From: Antedon mediterranea
Taxonomy: Eukaryota; Animalia; Echinodermata
Reading direction: 5' to 3'
Assembly (NCBI RefSeq): GCF_964355755.1
Contig: NC_092679.1
Location: 24,039,432 to 24,103,431, forward strand
Length of the DNA: 64,000 nt
Shown: positions 1-10,941 of the stretch, piece by piece
How the letters are laid out: each line of letters begins with the position of its first letter
Position numbering within the stretch: the first letter of the stretch is position 1
The notes under the pieces: generated by a model
The model's database searches: none
The model's input: the letters and a program-made list of their open reading frames with translations, nothing else
What the model was told of the DNA's origin: nothing
Program-made: the position numbers and the translations under genes

Positions 1-281
1 TCAACATGTGTTAGTTTATGAGAATATCACAGGATGCAGCAAGAGGACAAACCCTTTAATTCACCCCCATATAACATCCATGAACCAAAGTTAGGTTGAA
101 TGAAAGGATTGTATCTCTTAAATAGTTATGTCATTTATTTTATGATAATCATATGGTTTGGGGTACTTAGTGATTGGCTGATTTGATTTTCGTCAAGAAC
201 GTCAATAGGTTTGCTGGTACTGCATTGTCTAAACTAAACTGGATGTTTTAGCGATAGAAACAGTGGAGATCAGTTGATATA

Positions 282-848
282 TAGTAGAACCCATATTAAA
301 GGGACAACTTCGAGATCCGACGAATTGTCCCCTTAATAGGCGTGTCCACTGAATGGGTATACAAGGTACACTAATAAAAAAAAACAAAGCAAATTGTCCC
401 CTTAATAGGCGTGTCCACTGAATGGGTATACACGGGACACAATAAAAAAACAAAAGCAAATTGTCCCCTTAATAGGCGTGTCCACTGAATGGGTATACAA
501 GGGACACAATAAAAAAAACAAAGCAAATTGTCCCCTTAATAGGCGTGTCCACTGAATGGGTATACAAGGGACACAATAAAAAAAACAAAGCAAATTGTCC
601 CCTTAATAGGGGTTTTCACGAGAGAATAAAAAAGCAATATACCAAAATGAACAATCTGATATGAACTTAGGAAATTAAGAATGGAACATTTAGCAGCCAC
701 CAATGATAACTGATCAAGCCAGAGAAAGTAGGCCTATGTTAAGTTTATGATATCCATGTTTGTATTAACAATTATGTAAACATTAATATAATTATTTATT
801 TATTTATTTTTTTTATATTTTTAAAATAGTGTCCCCTTAATAGGGGTT
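282..848. mobile_element. Degenerate Tc1/mariner-type MITE containing a ~67-bp tandem array (323-610, ~4.3 copies)
   Basis: Left TAGTAGAACCCATATTAAAGGGACA versus right TGTCCCCTTAATAGGGGTT. The same TIR family occurs at 16459-16719, 26222 and 34845-35385. Confidence 0.6.
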
Positions 849-2027
849 GAATCTACAATTCGAAGAGAGGAAGGAGAGTTTGATTTCTCCATAGACGAGT
901 ATTGAGAATCAATATAAACTGTAAACCTATTCCAACAAAGCTTTGTGTTCTTTTTTTTTTTTTCATTTTGTAATTTTTTTCATTCTTTTTGTCATTTTTT
1001 TTAATGCTGGCATGATGTTCTTCTAAGAACGTGTCTGCCAACATGGTAATTTAGTTTGTGAACATGATAATCGATTTCACCTTCATGTTTGAATAACGAT
1101 CAAACTTCAGGAAAGACATGAAACATTATGTAGCGTGCGGCTCCGGATGGTCTCGTATTTTATTATTCACTTATATCATTAACTGGTAGGCAAGACTCGA
1201 CCATTAAAACTAATGTAATATGTACATATAATAGTTATATAAGTGTATAATAGTTATATACATCAAAAGTCAAATTATTGAAAAAATGACAATGATGTGG
1301 GTATCAGTGGCTGGATCTCAAAACGGTAAAGTATATATTATTTATAATAGGTAATGGAATTGACTTAAAACAATATTCTCTAAAACAAAGAATGGATTAA
1401 ATAGCAAAGTATTATCCATCATCATACGAAAAGATTAAATAAGAGATATATTTATTGTCATTAACACAATTGGAAATTAAAAAATGATTTCTTGATGCTT
1501 AAAAACATAGCAAAAATGTAGGCCTACGGTGATAAAGACAATTTTTTAATTTTTTAAATAAGAAAAGAAAGATAAATACAATTGCCGAGTGGTTAAGACA
1601 GTTGAACCGTAATTTCGTAGCCATAGCATTGGCAAGGGTTCGAGGCTCACTCGCTTCATGCTTTTGGTAGTAGAACGAGTCTTCTTGGATAAGGACTATG
1701 AACCGTGTTCCAGTGTACACATTAGCTCATGTGCACTTCAAAGAACCTAGTAAATTTTTACTCGAGGTACCCGAGTCTAGTACTTACTCATTTTCTCCTT
1801 CTCTTCCTCCATCTGGACACTATTGAGTAAAAAGTGCGATTTTTAAAGTACTACTCCTCCCTTATTCGTTATAGTATTGAGCTGGGATTTGGCATGAACA
1901 TACTACAGGGACATGTCCTCAAAGCTATAGAGCCGGATTTTTAATTTTTTTAAAATTAATTTGTTTAATTAAGAAGCCACAATGTGTGACACACACCACA
2001 GCGTTATGTAGTTATATGGTTATATGC

Positions 2028-2100
2028 AGATTCTTGGCGTAGTGGTTATCACGTTTGCTTAACACGCAGAAGGTACCTGGTTCGAGCCCGGACGAAACCT
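2028..2100 (+). pseudogene. tRNA-Val(AAC)-like copy 1, probably a pseudogene
   Basis: A-box TGGCGTAGTGG, anticodon arm TTTGC-TTAACAC-GCAGA, B-box GGTTCGAGCCC, 3' CGAAACC followed by a T-run. The acceptor stem has mismatches and the copy lies inside a Helentron-like element. Confidence 0.8.
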
Positions 2101-2311
2101 TTTTTTTTAACTTTATGGTGAAAAGTACTGTATACGCAATATGATAATTATACAGAGTATATTTTATTTTTATTATTTTTTAAAATACTTATTTTGTGTA
2201 ATCGGTAATTATCACTTTTACACATGTTTATTTTGCTTTGTGCTTATTACCATTTATTTGTAATTTAAATGGATTAAAAAACTTTCTGTAACCCACATTT
2301 TTAATGTAAGA

Positions 2312-2383
2312 AGTTTCGTAGTGTAGTGGTTGTCAAGTCTGCTTAACACGCAGAAGGTCCCGGTTCGAGCCCTGGCGAAACCT
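2312..2383 (+). pseudogene. tRNA-Val(AAC)-like copy 2, probably a pseudogene
   Basis: AGTTTCGTAGTGTAGTGG...TCTGC-TTAACAC-GCAGA...GGTTCGAGCCC..CGAAACC. Perfect anticodon stem, but mismatched D-stem, T-stem and first base pair. Confidence 0.8.
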
Positions 2384-4569
2384 ATTTTTCTTTACTTTCT
2401 AACTGTATACGTCTGTATACAGCTTCTTTCGCTGTACCCCGAGTATTGCACATTCGTGCTTGTTTTAGACGAGTAGGGGGTAACCTCAGTGTACTAGTAC
2501 ATCACATACACTGATGATCATAACTGGGCCCTCTGGGAGACCATTCTTTGACTGAAGAGGTTGCCCAGAAAATAAATATTTAAAAAAATATATATATAAT
2601 AACAAACAACCTTGTACCAATACTCACACATTGTGCCATATTCACACTTACCCTTTACCCCACTAACACTCACCTTGTACCCTAACTTACACTGTACCCT
2701 ACTCATACTTCTCCTGATTGTTACTCCTCGGGATTGTTATTATCACAAAAGGTATTTTATTTAAACATCCTATGTTGATATTGAATTCATCGATCATCCT
2801 TATTGATACAATAACGCTATCAAGAAGCACACATAATACTTGCTTTTCAAATAATTGGTATGAATTTATTCATCATCATCAAAGCGTGTCTGTACTATAT
2901 AAACAAACAAACTCAGTTCTTACAAAATAATAATAAATTAGGTAATATATAATGAGTTGTTATCTATTAAATAACTAGGATGGTTTTGAACCTATTTTGT
3001 CTAAAACAGATATATACCGAACAAAGTATTTTAACGAAATTACAGTTAAATGACTTAATAATGGCTTAATTAATTAAATTACAGTTGTTAATCAATTAAG
3101 TGTACTAAGACAGTGCATCTTTATCTATTTAAACAAAATAACATTAGGAATGTATACGTAAAGATCTCTAAGTCAATTCAAAACATAAACGGATTGAAGA
3201 AATCATATTGTATTGCTATATGCCCGACCACACATTCTGCTAAATCATATGCACACACTAAAAATAGGCCTAATCATTGTAGAACATAATTCATTCATTG
3301 CAACGGAGAGTAATTAAATTAAAATAATACAACATTGCTAAGTAATTGCACTTACATAAATTAAATGTTACAAGTAAATATCAAAATATTTGAGGCATAA
3401 TAAGTTGTTTGTTGCAGAGGTTAATATCATTTTACACACACGAATATTACAAAGTTCGTAAATGTTTGTGCAAAGTTCAGTCGGTCAGAAATGAAGAAAT
3501 GAAAATCTGAAAGTTAACAATTACGATATAACAATATACGCTCACTTAATTTCACCATGTAAAATTTACCATTTATGAGTAGGACGAAGTTCAATTATTA
3601 TCAGCTACATTCTGTAGTGTATCAATAATTATTGATGCAATATGCAATGTATAATAAATTGATACAATCGGTGTTTATCAACAATATTAAGTTTATACGG
3701 GAAAATATCGTTATGTGATGACAAAGTATAGGCCTACCTTTTAAAAATCATTGAGACAACAGTGTTACGTTTGTTTTATACTATATCGTAAAATGTCTAT
3801 TTCTGAAGGCACTAAAGCTAAATTCTAAACGAAATCAGTTAGACACGATCGATATTTATTCAATCTAATCGATCTATGAGACTAATACTTTTGGATATAG
3901 AGTAGACATAACTCAATCAATAATGTTATTGTGAAAAACATCTTCTCTTCGCTTGCTTATTTAGTAAGATGCACTTTTGTTTTAAATATAATAATACTAA
4001 TTAACTATTTATGAAAATATAAAAACAATTCCAATATAAAAACTACTTATTTTAAGAATAAGACACTATAATGGTATGCCATACACATAGGGTACTAAGC
4101 ATGCACTATTCGTCACATGACCCATGCAGATAGCAATGGGGTACTACTGTAAGAATAACCGAGTTACGTACAATGTCATGTTTGTAGTCAGCAGACTAGA
4201 AAACTATGTCTCTGTTTATGGTCTTTAAACATGATACCGTACGGAAATCGGGTGCTAAGAATATAAAATGATTACCAAATGCATTTACAAGCAGGCAAAA
4301 TGATATGTTACATAGGACCCGTTCAGGCTTCGTTATTATTACCCGGGTATACCAAACCGAAATTATTGATAATGAAACCAACAATCGGCTAAATAACTAT
4401 AAAGCCTGAACGGTCCAAGAGTTGTATACAATGTTAAAGATATTACATTTATAGTTTATATTCACTGTGTACTCTAAATTGTTCTAAAAATAAATTTTCC
4501 TTAAAACAGCAAACATGTTTTAAAGAAAATATTCTAAAGCATTTTGTTTAAAAGTCAATTACATTCCAA

Positions 4570-5925
4570 CTATGTTGAAATCATACTGCGTTCAAGTTCT
4601 TGAGTCATCCGAGGGACGTGTAGAAGGAGGACATTTCGATTGTCCACAGTATGGCATTTATTCAAGTGATGGGTGAGACCAGCAGGAGAAGGAAACGAAC
4701 TGATACAGTATTTGCAGTGGTATATGTCACGTGTTTCGTGCATTTTGACGTGTTGTTCTAGTGAATTTTTATCGAGAAACACGCCGCCACAAATTTTGCA
4801 GACGACTTCGTGAGGTGGAGATAGATGAGTCAACAGGTGTTTTTCCCTGGACGTCAGACTATCAAAAATACGGCCACAATACTGACATGGATGGTTTACG
4901 GACTCACCGTGTTGCTGCATGTGTTTCCGTAAATAACCCTGACGACGAAACTTCTTACCGCACATGTTACAGTCATAAGTGTGCTCTTCGACACCGTCGC
5001 CGGATCGAGGGCTCGGTGTACTGCGGTCGCTTAAACTTGTCGTGTCCGATAAAGGCGATGTTGTTTTTCTCAGTCCAATATTAGCATCAAGTTGTGCAAG
5101 TTTTGAGTTCGTTTTGATAGCAGCTGGTAAAATTCTAGGAGATGAGTTTGTTTGACGCAACATGTTTTGCGGTCTTGGTTTGTGCCATCTGCGATGTGAT
5201 GCGAGGTTCGCTGGACAATTGAAAACTTTTTCACATTCTGGACATCTGTATTCTACGTGAACAATTCTTGAACATTTGTGCTGAGCCAGAGACAACGGGT
5301 CATTGAAACATCCTTTACATAACTGGCAGACTATATCTCCTGGGTTGCTACTTATCTTAATGTCTTTGGTGTCTTGATCTGCATTATCCTTTACATCCTC
5401 ATCTGCCATAATGATGGTGCCATTCACCGGTGAACTATTGTGCTCATTAAAGTTCAACTTACGTGCCGCTTTGTATTTTGTCTTTTTAACTTTTTGTGAT
5501 GGTTTGACGGCACTATCTGTAAACGGTCTTTTCAAGGAATGCGAACCTGTTGTCTGGTGCTTAGGCGTTGGTGGCGCAGACACGGCAGACATCATTAGAC
5601 TGGGTACAATAGGTACAGGTGAATGGCTTGATGACACAGGGGAAGGAAGGGACCGAGTAGATAACGTCGGACTAGGTACGCTACGAACCGATTCCGCTTC
5701 AAAGGCAAATGCACCACCATCGTATTCGACGTTGGACACGGTGACCGGGCTCTGTCCGTAACCCGAATCGGGTGAATGAAACGGCTTATAGGGCGAAAAT
5801 TGCTGTGAAAAAGCAGAAGGCACTCTATCAAGTACAATATCATCTTGTTCTTCGTCTGATGACCGCGATCTGTAGGAAACCATACATGCCTTCTTACTTC
5901 GTTTAACAAGAAATCCTCTAGGCAT
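4570..5925 (-). CDS. INSM1: Insulinoma-associated (INSM/IA-1/Nerfin family) SNAG-domain zinc-finger transcription factor, single exon, 451 aa
   Basis: N-terminal SNAG motif MPRGFLVKR; conserved KAARKLNF..SSPVNG motif; INSM-diagnostic fingers CQLCK..DPLSLAQHKC-SRIVHVEYRCPECEKVFNCPANLASHRRWHKPR and KKFRRQGYLRKH. Intronless like vertebrate INSM1/2, probably their pro-ortholog. Confidence 0.97.
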   Translation of the reverse strand: MPRGFLVKRSKKACMVSYRSRSSDEEQDDIVLDRVPSAFSQQFSPYKPFHSPDSGYGQSPVTVSNVEYDGGAFAFEAESVRSVPSPTLSTRSLPSPVSSSHSPVPIVPSLMMSAVSAPPTPKHQTTGSHSLKRPFTDSAVKPSQKVKKTKYKAARKLNFNEHNSSPVNGTIIMADEDVKDNADQDTKDIKISSNPGDIVCQLCKGCFNDPLSLAQHKCSRIVHVEYRCPECEKVFNCPANLASHRRWHKPRPQNMLRQTNSSPRILPAAIKTNSKLAQLDANIGLRKTTSPLSDTTSLSDRSTPSPRSGDGVEEHTYDCNMCGKKFRRQGYLRKHMQQHGESVNHPCQYCGRIFDSLTSREKHLLTHLSPPHEVVCKICGGVFLDKNSLEQHVKMHETRDIYHCKYCISSFPSPAGLTHHLNKCHTVDNRNVLLLHVPRMTQELERSMIST

Positions 5926-6199
5926 ATTGGCGAATAAGTTAAGCGTCTCACAGCAGTTGAGTATCCACCAAAGTTAGACCTATATCAAAAAGTTTGATGA
6001 AATGTCTCCGTACAAACAGCGAAATCAAATATAGTTTTTTGTTTTTAAGCTGGTTATTAGAGTTATCGACCAAACATATGTCATTGAAGTAAGTTAGAAC
6101 TTCACAGTTTTTCCTCTTCTATAAACACAACCATCTGTTTCCCAATGCAAACCTTAAAGATATAAGTTGCTGTGCTGAATCACGAGGTGAAGTGCCAGC

Positions 6200-6700
6200 G
6201 TAAACTTCTGAGCAAGATTTAAAATACAGGCTTTTAAAACAATATTTAAATTTGGTCTCGACCAATCAGCGCACTTCTCTAGCACCGCCTTCTTTGTTTC
6301 TCGAATGCTTTTGTGCTATCAGTTGCGAGTAGTCGTGTGCCGGCTTTGTTTGCTGTGCGGTCGTCTATTCAGTGTATTGAACAATATCACGCATAATGTA
6401 TTCAAACTAATAATATTCATATGAAATACGTATTTAAATAAAATGAACAAATTCAACAAACATATCTTGGTATTTCGATAAAAGAATTTTCAAAAGAACC
6501 ACAAGTCTTACAGCTATATGTTACGTTTTTATGCCAATATTGCAATTATAAATGGCAGGTTTCTTATTGGTTACAATGAGTGTATAGGCTCGCCTACTGT
6601 AAGTATAGACCAATCAGAGTGAGGCTACGTAACACACGACTCAGTGACGGAACAAAGGCGTCTGGAGTAATCAATGCCAGTGTGCTTGAGTGCTAGCTTT
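6200..6700 (-). promoter_or_regulatory. Likely INSM promoter and proximal regulatory region
   Basis: Upstream of the ATG; CCAAT boxes at ~6262, ~6566 (ATTGG) and ~6610; Sox-like AACAAAG/CTTTGTT sites; locally CpG-rich. Confidence 0.45.
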
Positions 6701-6962
6701 TGTTTTTAACGCTATCCTTAACAAAGATTATTTAATCAAATATGTCGATGTAAAAAGCTATTATTAATCTGTTGTGAACGCTACTTACAAGGGTATTTTC
6801 AATCAACAGGCTGAATAACACTGGAAGAATGCAATATGAAAATCCAACGCATCCTTCATATCAATCACAACACAATCAAATTTTTGATTTTGATAAAATG
6901 TTTTGGTGGAGTAAATTGATGGAAAGTATATATATTTATATATAAATACATTGTGTTTGTAA

Positions 6963-7453
6963 AGCTCTGTCTACACTATCAAACTATATGTGACAAAAAA
7001 ATGTGATGTGCCTATATATGGACACGATTATGTCATATCACTAATTATATATAAATATTGTTTATGTCTTCCTTTATGCAAAACCTTCGTAGCAATTGAA
7101 ACATAAATATAATATTAGAATAAATAATATACACATTATTATGGTGTATCTGCTATGTTACTTTAGTTTAACCTACAAATACAATGTCGAATTTGTAAGA
7201 AGCTTTTAAACAAATAAATACTGTACAAAAGCAGACATTTCTTGTTTTGTATTTATATTTAAGTGTGTATGTATTATTTTTCACTGTAAACTTGTTGCAC
7301 ATCTCATTGAGACTGTGCCTCTGATTTAAAAGAGATACAATAAAAGTTCAGTTCAGTTCACTACCATGTTTGGGAATATCACTACCATATTTGGGCACAT
7401 CACAAATCACAAACAAATGTTTATCAAACTAGTTTGATAGTGTAGACAGAGCT
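6963..7453. mobile_element. PIF/Harbinger (Tourist-like) palindromic MITE, interrupted at 7044-7360
   Basis: TIR AGCTCTGTCTACACTATCAAACT / AGTTTGATAGTGTAGACAGAGCT with TAA on both sides. The family is about 140 bp when intact. Confidence 0.85.
7236..7360 (+). mobile_element. 5'-truncated non-LTR retroelement 3' tail
   Basis: AATAAA followed by (GTTCA)3. It interrupts the MITE, with TCACTA duplicated at 7038-7043 and 7358-7363. Confidence 0.6.
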
Positions 7454-7494
7454 TAAAGATAAAAGTAAAATACTGTAGATTCATAATAATTCTT

Positions 7495-7820
7495 TTTTTT
7501 TGTATATGACATAGGCCAATAACATGATGGTTTTTTTGTATATGACATAGGCCAATAACATGATGGTTTTTTTGTATATGACATAGGCCAATAACATGAT
7601 GGTTTTTTTGTATATGACATAGGCCAATAACATGATGGTTTTTTTGTATATGACATAGGCCAATAACATGATGGTTTTTTTGTATATGACATAGGCCAAT
7701 AACATGATGGTTTTTTTGTATATGACATAGGCCAATAACATGATGGTTTTTTTGTATATGACATAGGCCAATAACATGATGGTTTTTTTGTATATGACAT
7801 AGGCCAATAACATGATGGTT
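7495..7820. repeat. Minisatellite, 36 bp x 9
   Basis: Unit TTTTTTTGTATATGACATAGGCCAATAACATGATGG, near identical. Confidence 0.97.
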
Positions 7821-8389
7821 TGTATTCGACGTTTATCGTTGTTTTCTGCTTTTGTACAGTATTTATTTGTTTAAAAGCTTCTTACAAATTCGACATTGTA
7901 TTTTTAGGTTAAACTAAAGTAACATAGCAGATACACCATAATAATGTGTATATTATTTATTCTAATATTATATTTATGTTTCAATTGCTACGAAGGTTTT
8001 GCATAAAGGAAGACATAAACAATATTTATATATAAGTTATGCTCATTTATATCTGATTTCATTAGTTATTACCGTCAAGAACAAACTATTTTTCACGTAA
8101 TATTTAGTATTCATATAAAAAAATAAGAATTGTTTTGTTTATGTACCATAATGTAATATTTTATTCTAAAAATCTAAATTTAAAAGAAATTAATATATTT
8201 TCTGCCTAAAAAAAATAAATATTTTTAGATTTTGCATAGGCCATTTTATTTCCTATTTCTAAATGATTTTATTCATCTTTATGTTACATTTTTACACATT
8301 TGTCCGGTGTAAATTAAGAGAGGAAAACAAATAGGGTACCATACAGTGTAAATGTGAATAATAGAAAATATAGTATATAAAATAATGTA

Positions 8390-8550
8390 AAATATGGTGT
8401 GGACCCCGATAAGACTCGTGCTAAATATGGTGTGGTCCCCGATAAGACTCGTGCTAAATATGGTGTGGTCCCCGATAAGACTCGTGCTAAATATGGTGTG
8501 GACCCCGATAAGACTCGTGCTAAATATGGTGTGGACCCCGATAAGACTCG
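8390..8550. repeat. Minisatellite, 33 bp x ~5
   Basis: Unit AAATATGGTGTGG(A/T)CCCCGATAAGACTCGTGCT. Confidence 0.97.
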
Positions 8551-8928
8551 ACGTGCTAGTTTGATAGGATGTCGTTTCTATAGCCACAGTCTTGATAATT
8601 ACACATTACTTATTAAAAATGCGGTAAAATGAAACACTTAATTTCGTTTCAAAGTCAGTTTTTAATTTCATAACTAATGAGACGAATTAATCACGTAAAG
8701 GAGGAATTTAATACAAAGAGTTAATGTATTTGAAATACATGATACCTTGGCCCGTAATGAGTACAACACAAACATGTCCATCTCATCATTAAAAAACAAT
8801 ATTATTTGCTGCTGACTTAACTAAAGAAACGTGATGGTTGGATGTTACTTGATTAAATCTATGCATTCAAATCCTAAATTTAAAAAAAGCACAAGATTCT
8901 TTTTTTCTATTATTATTTTCGTTATTTT

Positions 8929-9624
8929 GTTTAGGCCTATGTAGAGCATCTTGTGTTGTTTAGGCCTATGTAGAGCATCTTGTGTTGTTTAGGCCTATGT
9001 AGAGCATCTTGTGTTGTTTAGGCCTATGTAGAGCATCTTGTGTTGTTTAGGCCTATGTAGAGCATCTTGTGTTGTTTAGGCCTATGTAGAGCATCTTGTG
9101 TTGTTTAGGCCTATGTAGAGCATCTTGTGTTGTTTAGGCCTATGTAGAGCATCTTGTGTTGTTTAGGCCTATGTAGAGCATCTTGTGTTGTTTAGGCCTA
9201 TGTAGAGCATCTTGTGTTGTTTAGGCCTATGTAGAGCATCTTGTGTTGTTTAGGCCTATGTAGAGCATCTTGTGTTGTTTAGGCCTATGTAGAGCATCTT
9301 GTGTTGTTTAGGCCTATGTAGAGCATCTTGTGTTGTTTAGGCCTATGTAGAGCATCTTGTGTTGTTTAGGCCTATGTAGAGCATCTTGTGTTGTTTAGGC
9401 CTATGTAGAGCATCTTGTGTTGTTTAGGCCTATGTAGAGCATCTTGTGTTGTTTAGGCCTATGTAGAGCATCTTGTGTTGTTTAGGCCTATGTAGAGCAT
9501 CTTGTGTTGTTTAGGCCTATGTAGAGCATCTTGTGTTGTTTAGGCCTATGTAGAGCATCTTGTGTTGTTTAGGCCTATGTAGAGCATCTTGTGTTGTTTA
9601 GGCCTATGTAGAGCATCTTGTGTT
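8929..9624. repeat. Minisatellite, 29 bp x 24
   Basis: Unit GTTTAGGCCTATGTAGAGCATCTTGTGTT, homogeneous. Confidence 0.98.
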
Positions 9625-10806
9625 TTTGTCATGTGAACAGGATTGCCACCTTTAAGAAGGATAGTGAATGAATTCGCTTATAGTTATCCTTGGCAATTTG
9701 CCTAAAAAATAAAATAAACTAATGAACATAAAGAAGTGCGCATACAACTCGTTCGTTTGAACGCCGCTTTATCAACGTATGTATTTCTTGACATAACGTT
9801 GATTATAATACTGTAAAGATGTGTGAACGTAGTGTTACTATCGTGGTGTTTGACGTGCGTCACTCTTTGTATATTTACGTTTAATATGAGTGCATAAAAC
9901 GCGTTCGAACGGGTTTATCAACGTTTGTAATATTCTTCATGCAGCAGTACGTGCGTATATTCTACGCATTTGTAGCGTTTACCCAAGAGCATCAAAGTTT
10001 GTGTTTCCTATTTTGCAGTAATGACACATACAGAAGTTTGCATAAAACACGTTGTCATAGTGTTGGAACAAATTTCCTTGAAAATATTATGCCTATACAG
10101 AAATATGAATATGATAAGCATTTTAAATCTTTATCCAAATCTCTATATTTTCTTCTTGTTTGATTGGTATATCAGTCTGACCGGTTGCCTAAAATCTTGT
10201 CCATCTGCTGCGCCCGAAACTGACGCTTTGTTTCCCAACTAATACCACTATTATCATTACACAAGCAATTAACATATTTGCTATACAACATGTTGAATGT
10301 TTATTGTTAGGATGAGCTAGGCCCTACTATAAAAACAAATACAATGTTAAAGTTTTATGGTGTTATTTATTTAATTCTTAACATGAACACTGGGTAGATT
10401 CAACACCTTTAGGTACAGCAAATAAATACCGTTGGTGTTATTCATTTTAAACATGGTTCACGCTGCATTAAGAACACAGTAATGTCTGGATAGGATTGTC
10501 AGACAATTTTGTTACATGCGGGCAATTTCTTTTACCGTTTAACCACATCCCCCCCCCCCCCTACAAAAAAACTGAAATATAGTATTATGCCAAGTACAAA
10601 ATTTTAGTAAGTAAAATTAAGCATGTATTGGAAGAAATATCTGGAGTGAATTGGTTCAGTTTCAGAAGGGAAAGACAATTCTGATGCGCGCAATAACATT
10701 AATAAAACAGAGATCAAAAGCTATTATACGCACGCGTATTTTTTTAAATTGCTTTCTTTGTGGTGGAGACCCTGGTGACCCCATAAACCCCGCTTCTGAC
10801 AAGTTA

Positions 10807-10941
10807 AGCTCTGTCTACACTCAAACTAGTTTTACAAAAAAGTGTGATGTGCCCAAATATGGTAGTGATATGACATCATCATGTCCATATTTGGGCACAT
10901 CACATTTTTTTGTCACAAAGTTTGATAGTGTAGATAGAACT
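10807..10941. mobile_element. PIF/Harbinger palindromic MITE, intact copy
   Basis: AGCTCTGTCTACACT...AGTGTAGATAGAACT with TWA flanks. Other copies or fragments near 11845-11985, 28758-28875, 31940-32022, 32709-32802, 39527-39652 and 51197-53970. Confidence 0.85.

Larger units (their letters stand above)
1759..2464 (+). mobile_element. Non-autonomous Helentron-like element (HINE/DINE-1 architecture)
   Basis: Subterminal IRs TACTCGAGGTAC (1759-1770) / GTACCCCGAGTA (2434-2445), 11/12 match; short IR next to the 5' subTIR; 3' hairpin GCACATTCGTGC (2448-2459); T-runs at both ends and no clear TSD. It splits a SINE whose intact copy is at 14292-14584. Confidence 0.7.
1583..2575 (+). mobile_element. 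tRNA-derived SINE with Deu/Nin-like core, interrupted by the Helentron-like element
   Basis: 1583-1758 plus 2467-2575 align colinearly with the intact copy at 14292-14584. Confidence 0.8.

Noticed and set aside
4761-5951. Alternative-frame and antisense ORFs over INSM, and 24637-25285 over ESF1
   Set aside because: Shadows of real coding sequence with no recognisable domains.
8929-9624. 29-bp direct repeats of CRISPR-like length
   Set aside because: Head-to-tail with no unique spacers, no cas genes, and a eukaryotic context. The same applies to all other arrays in the window.
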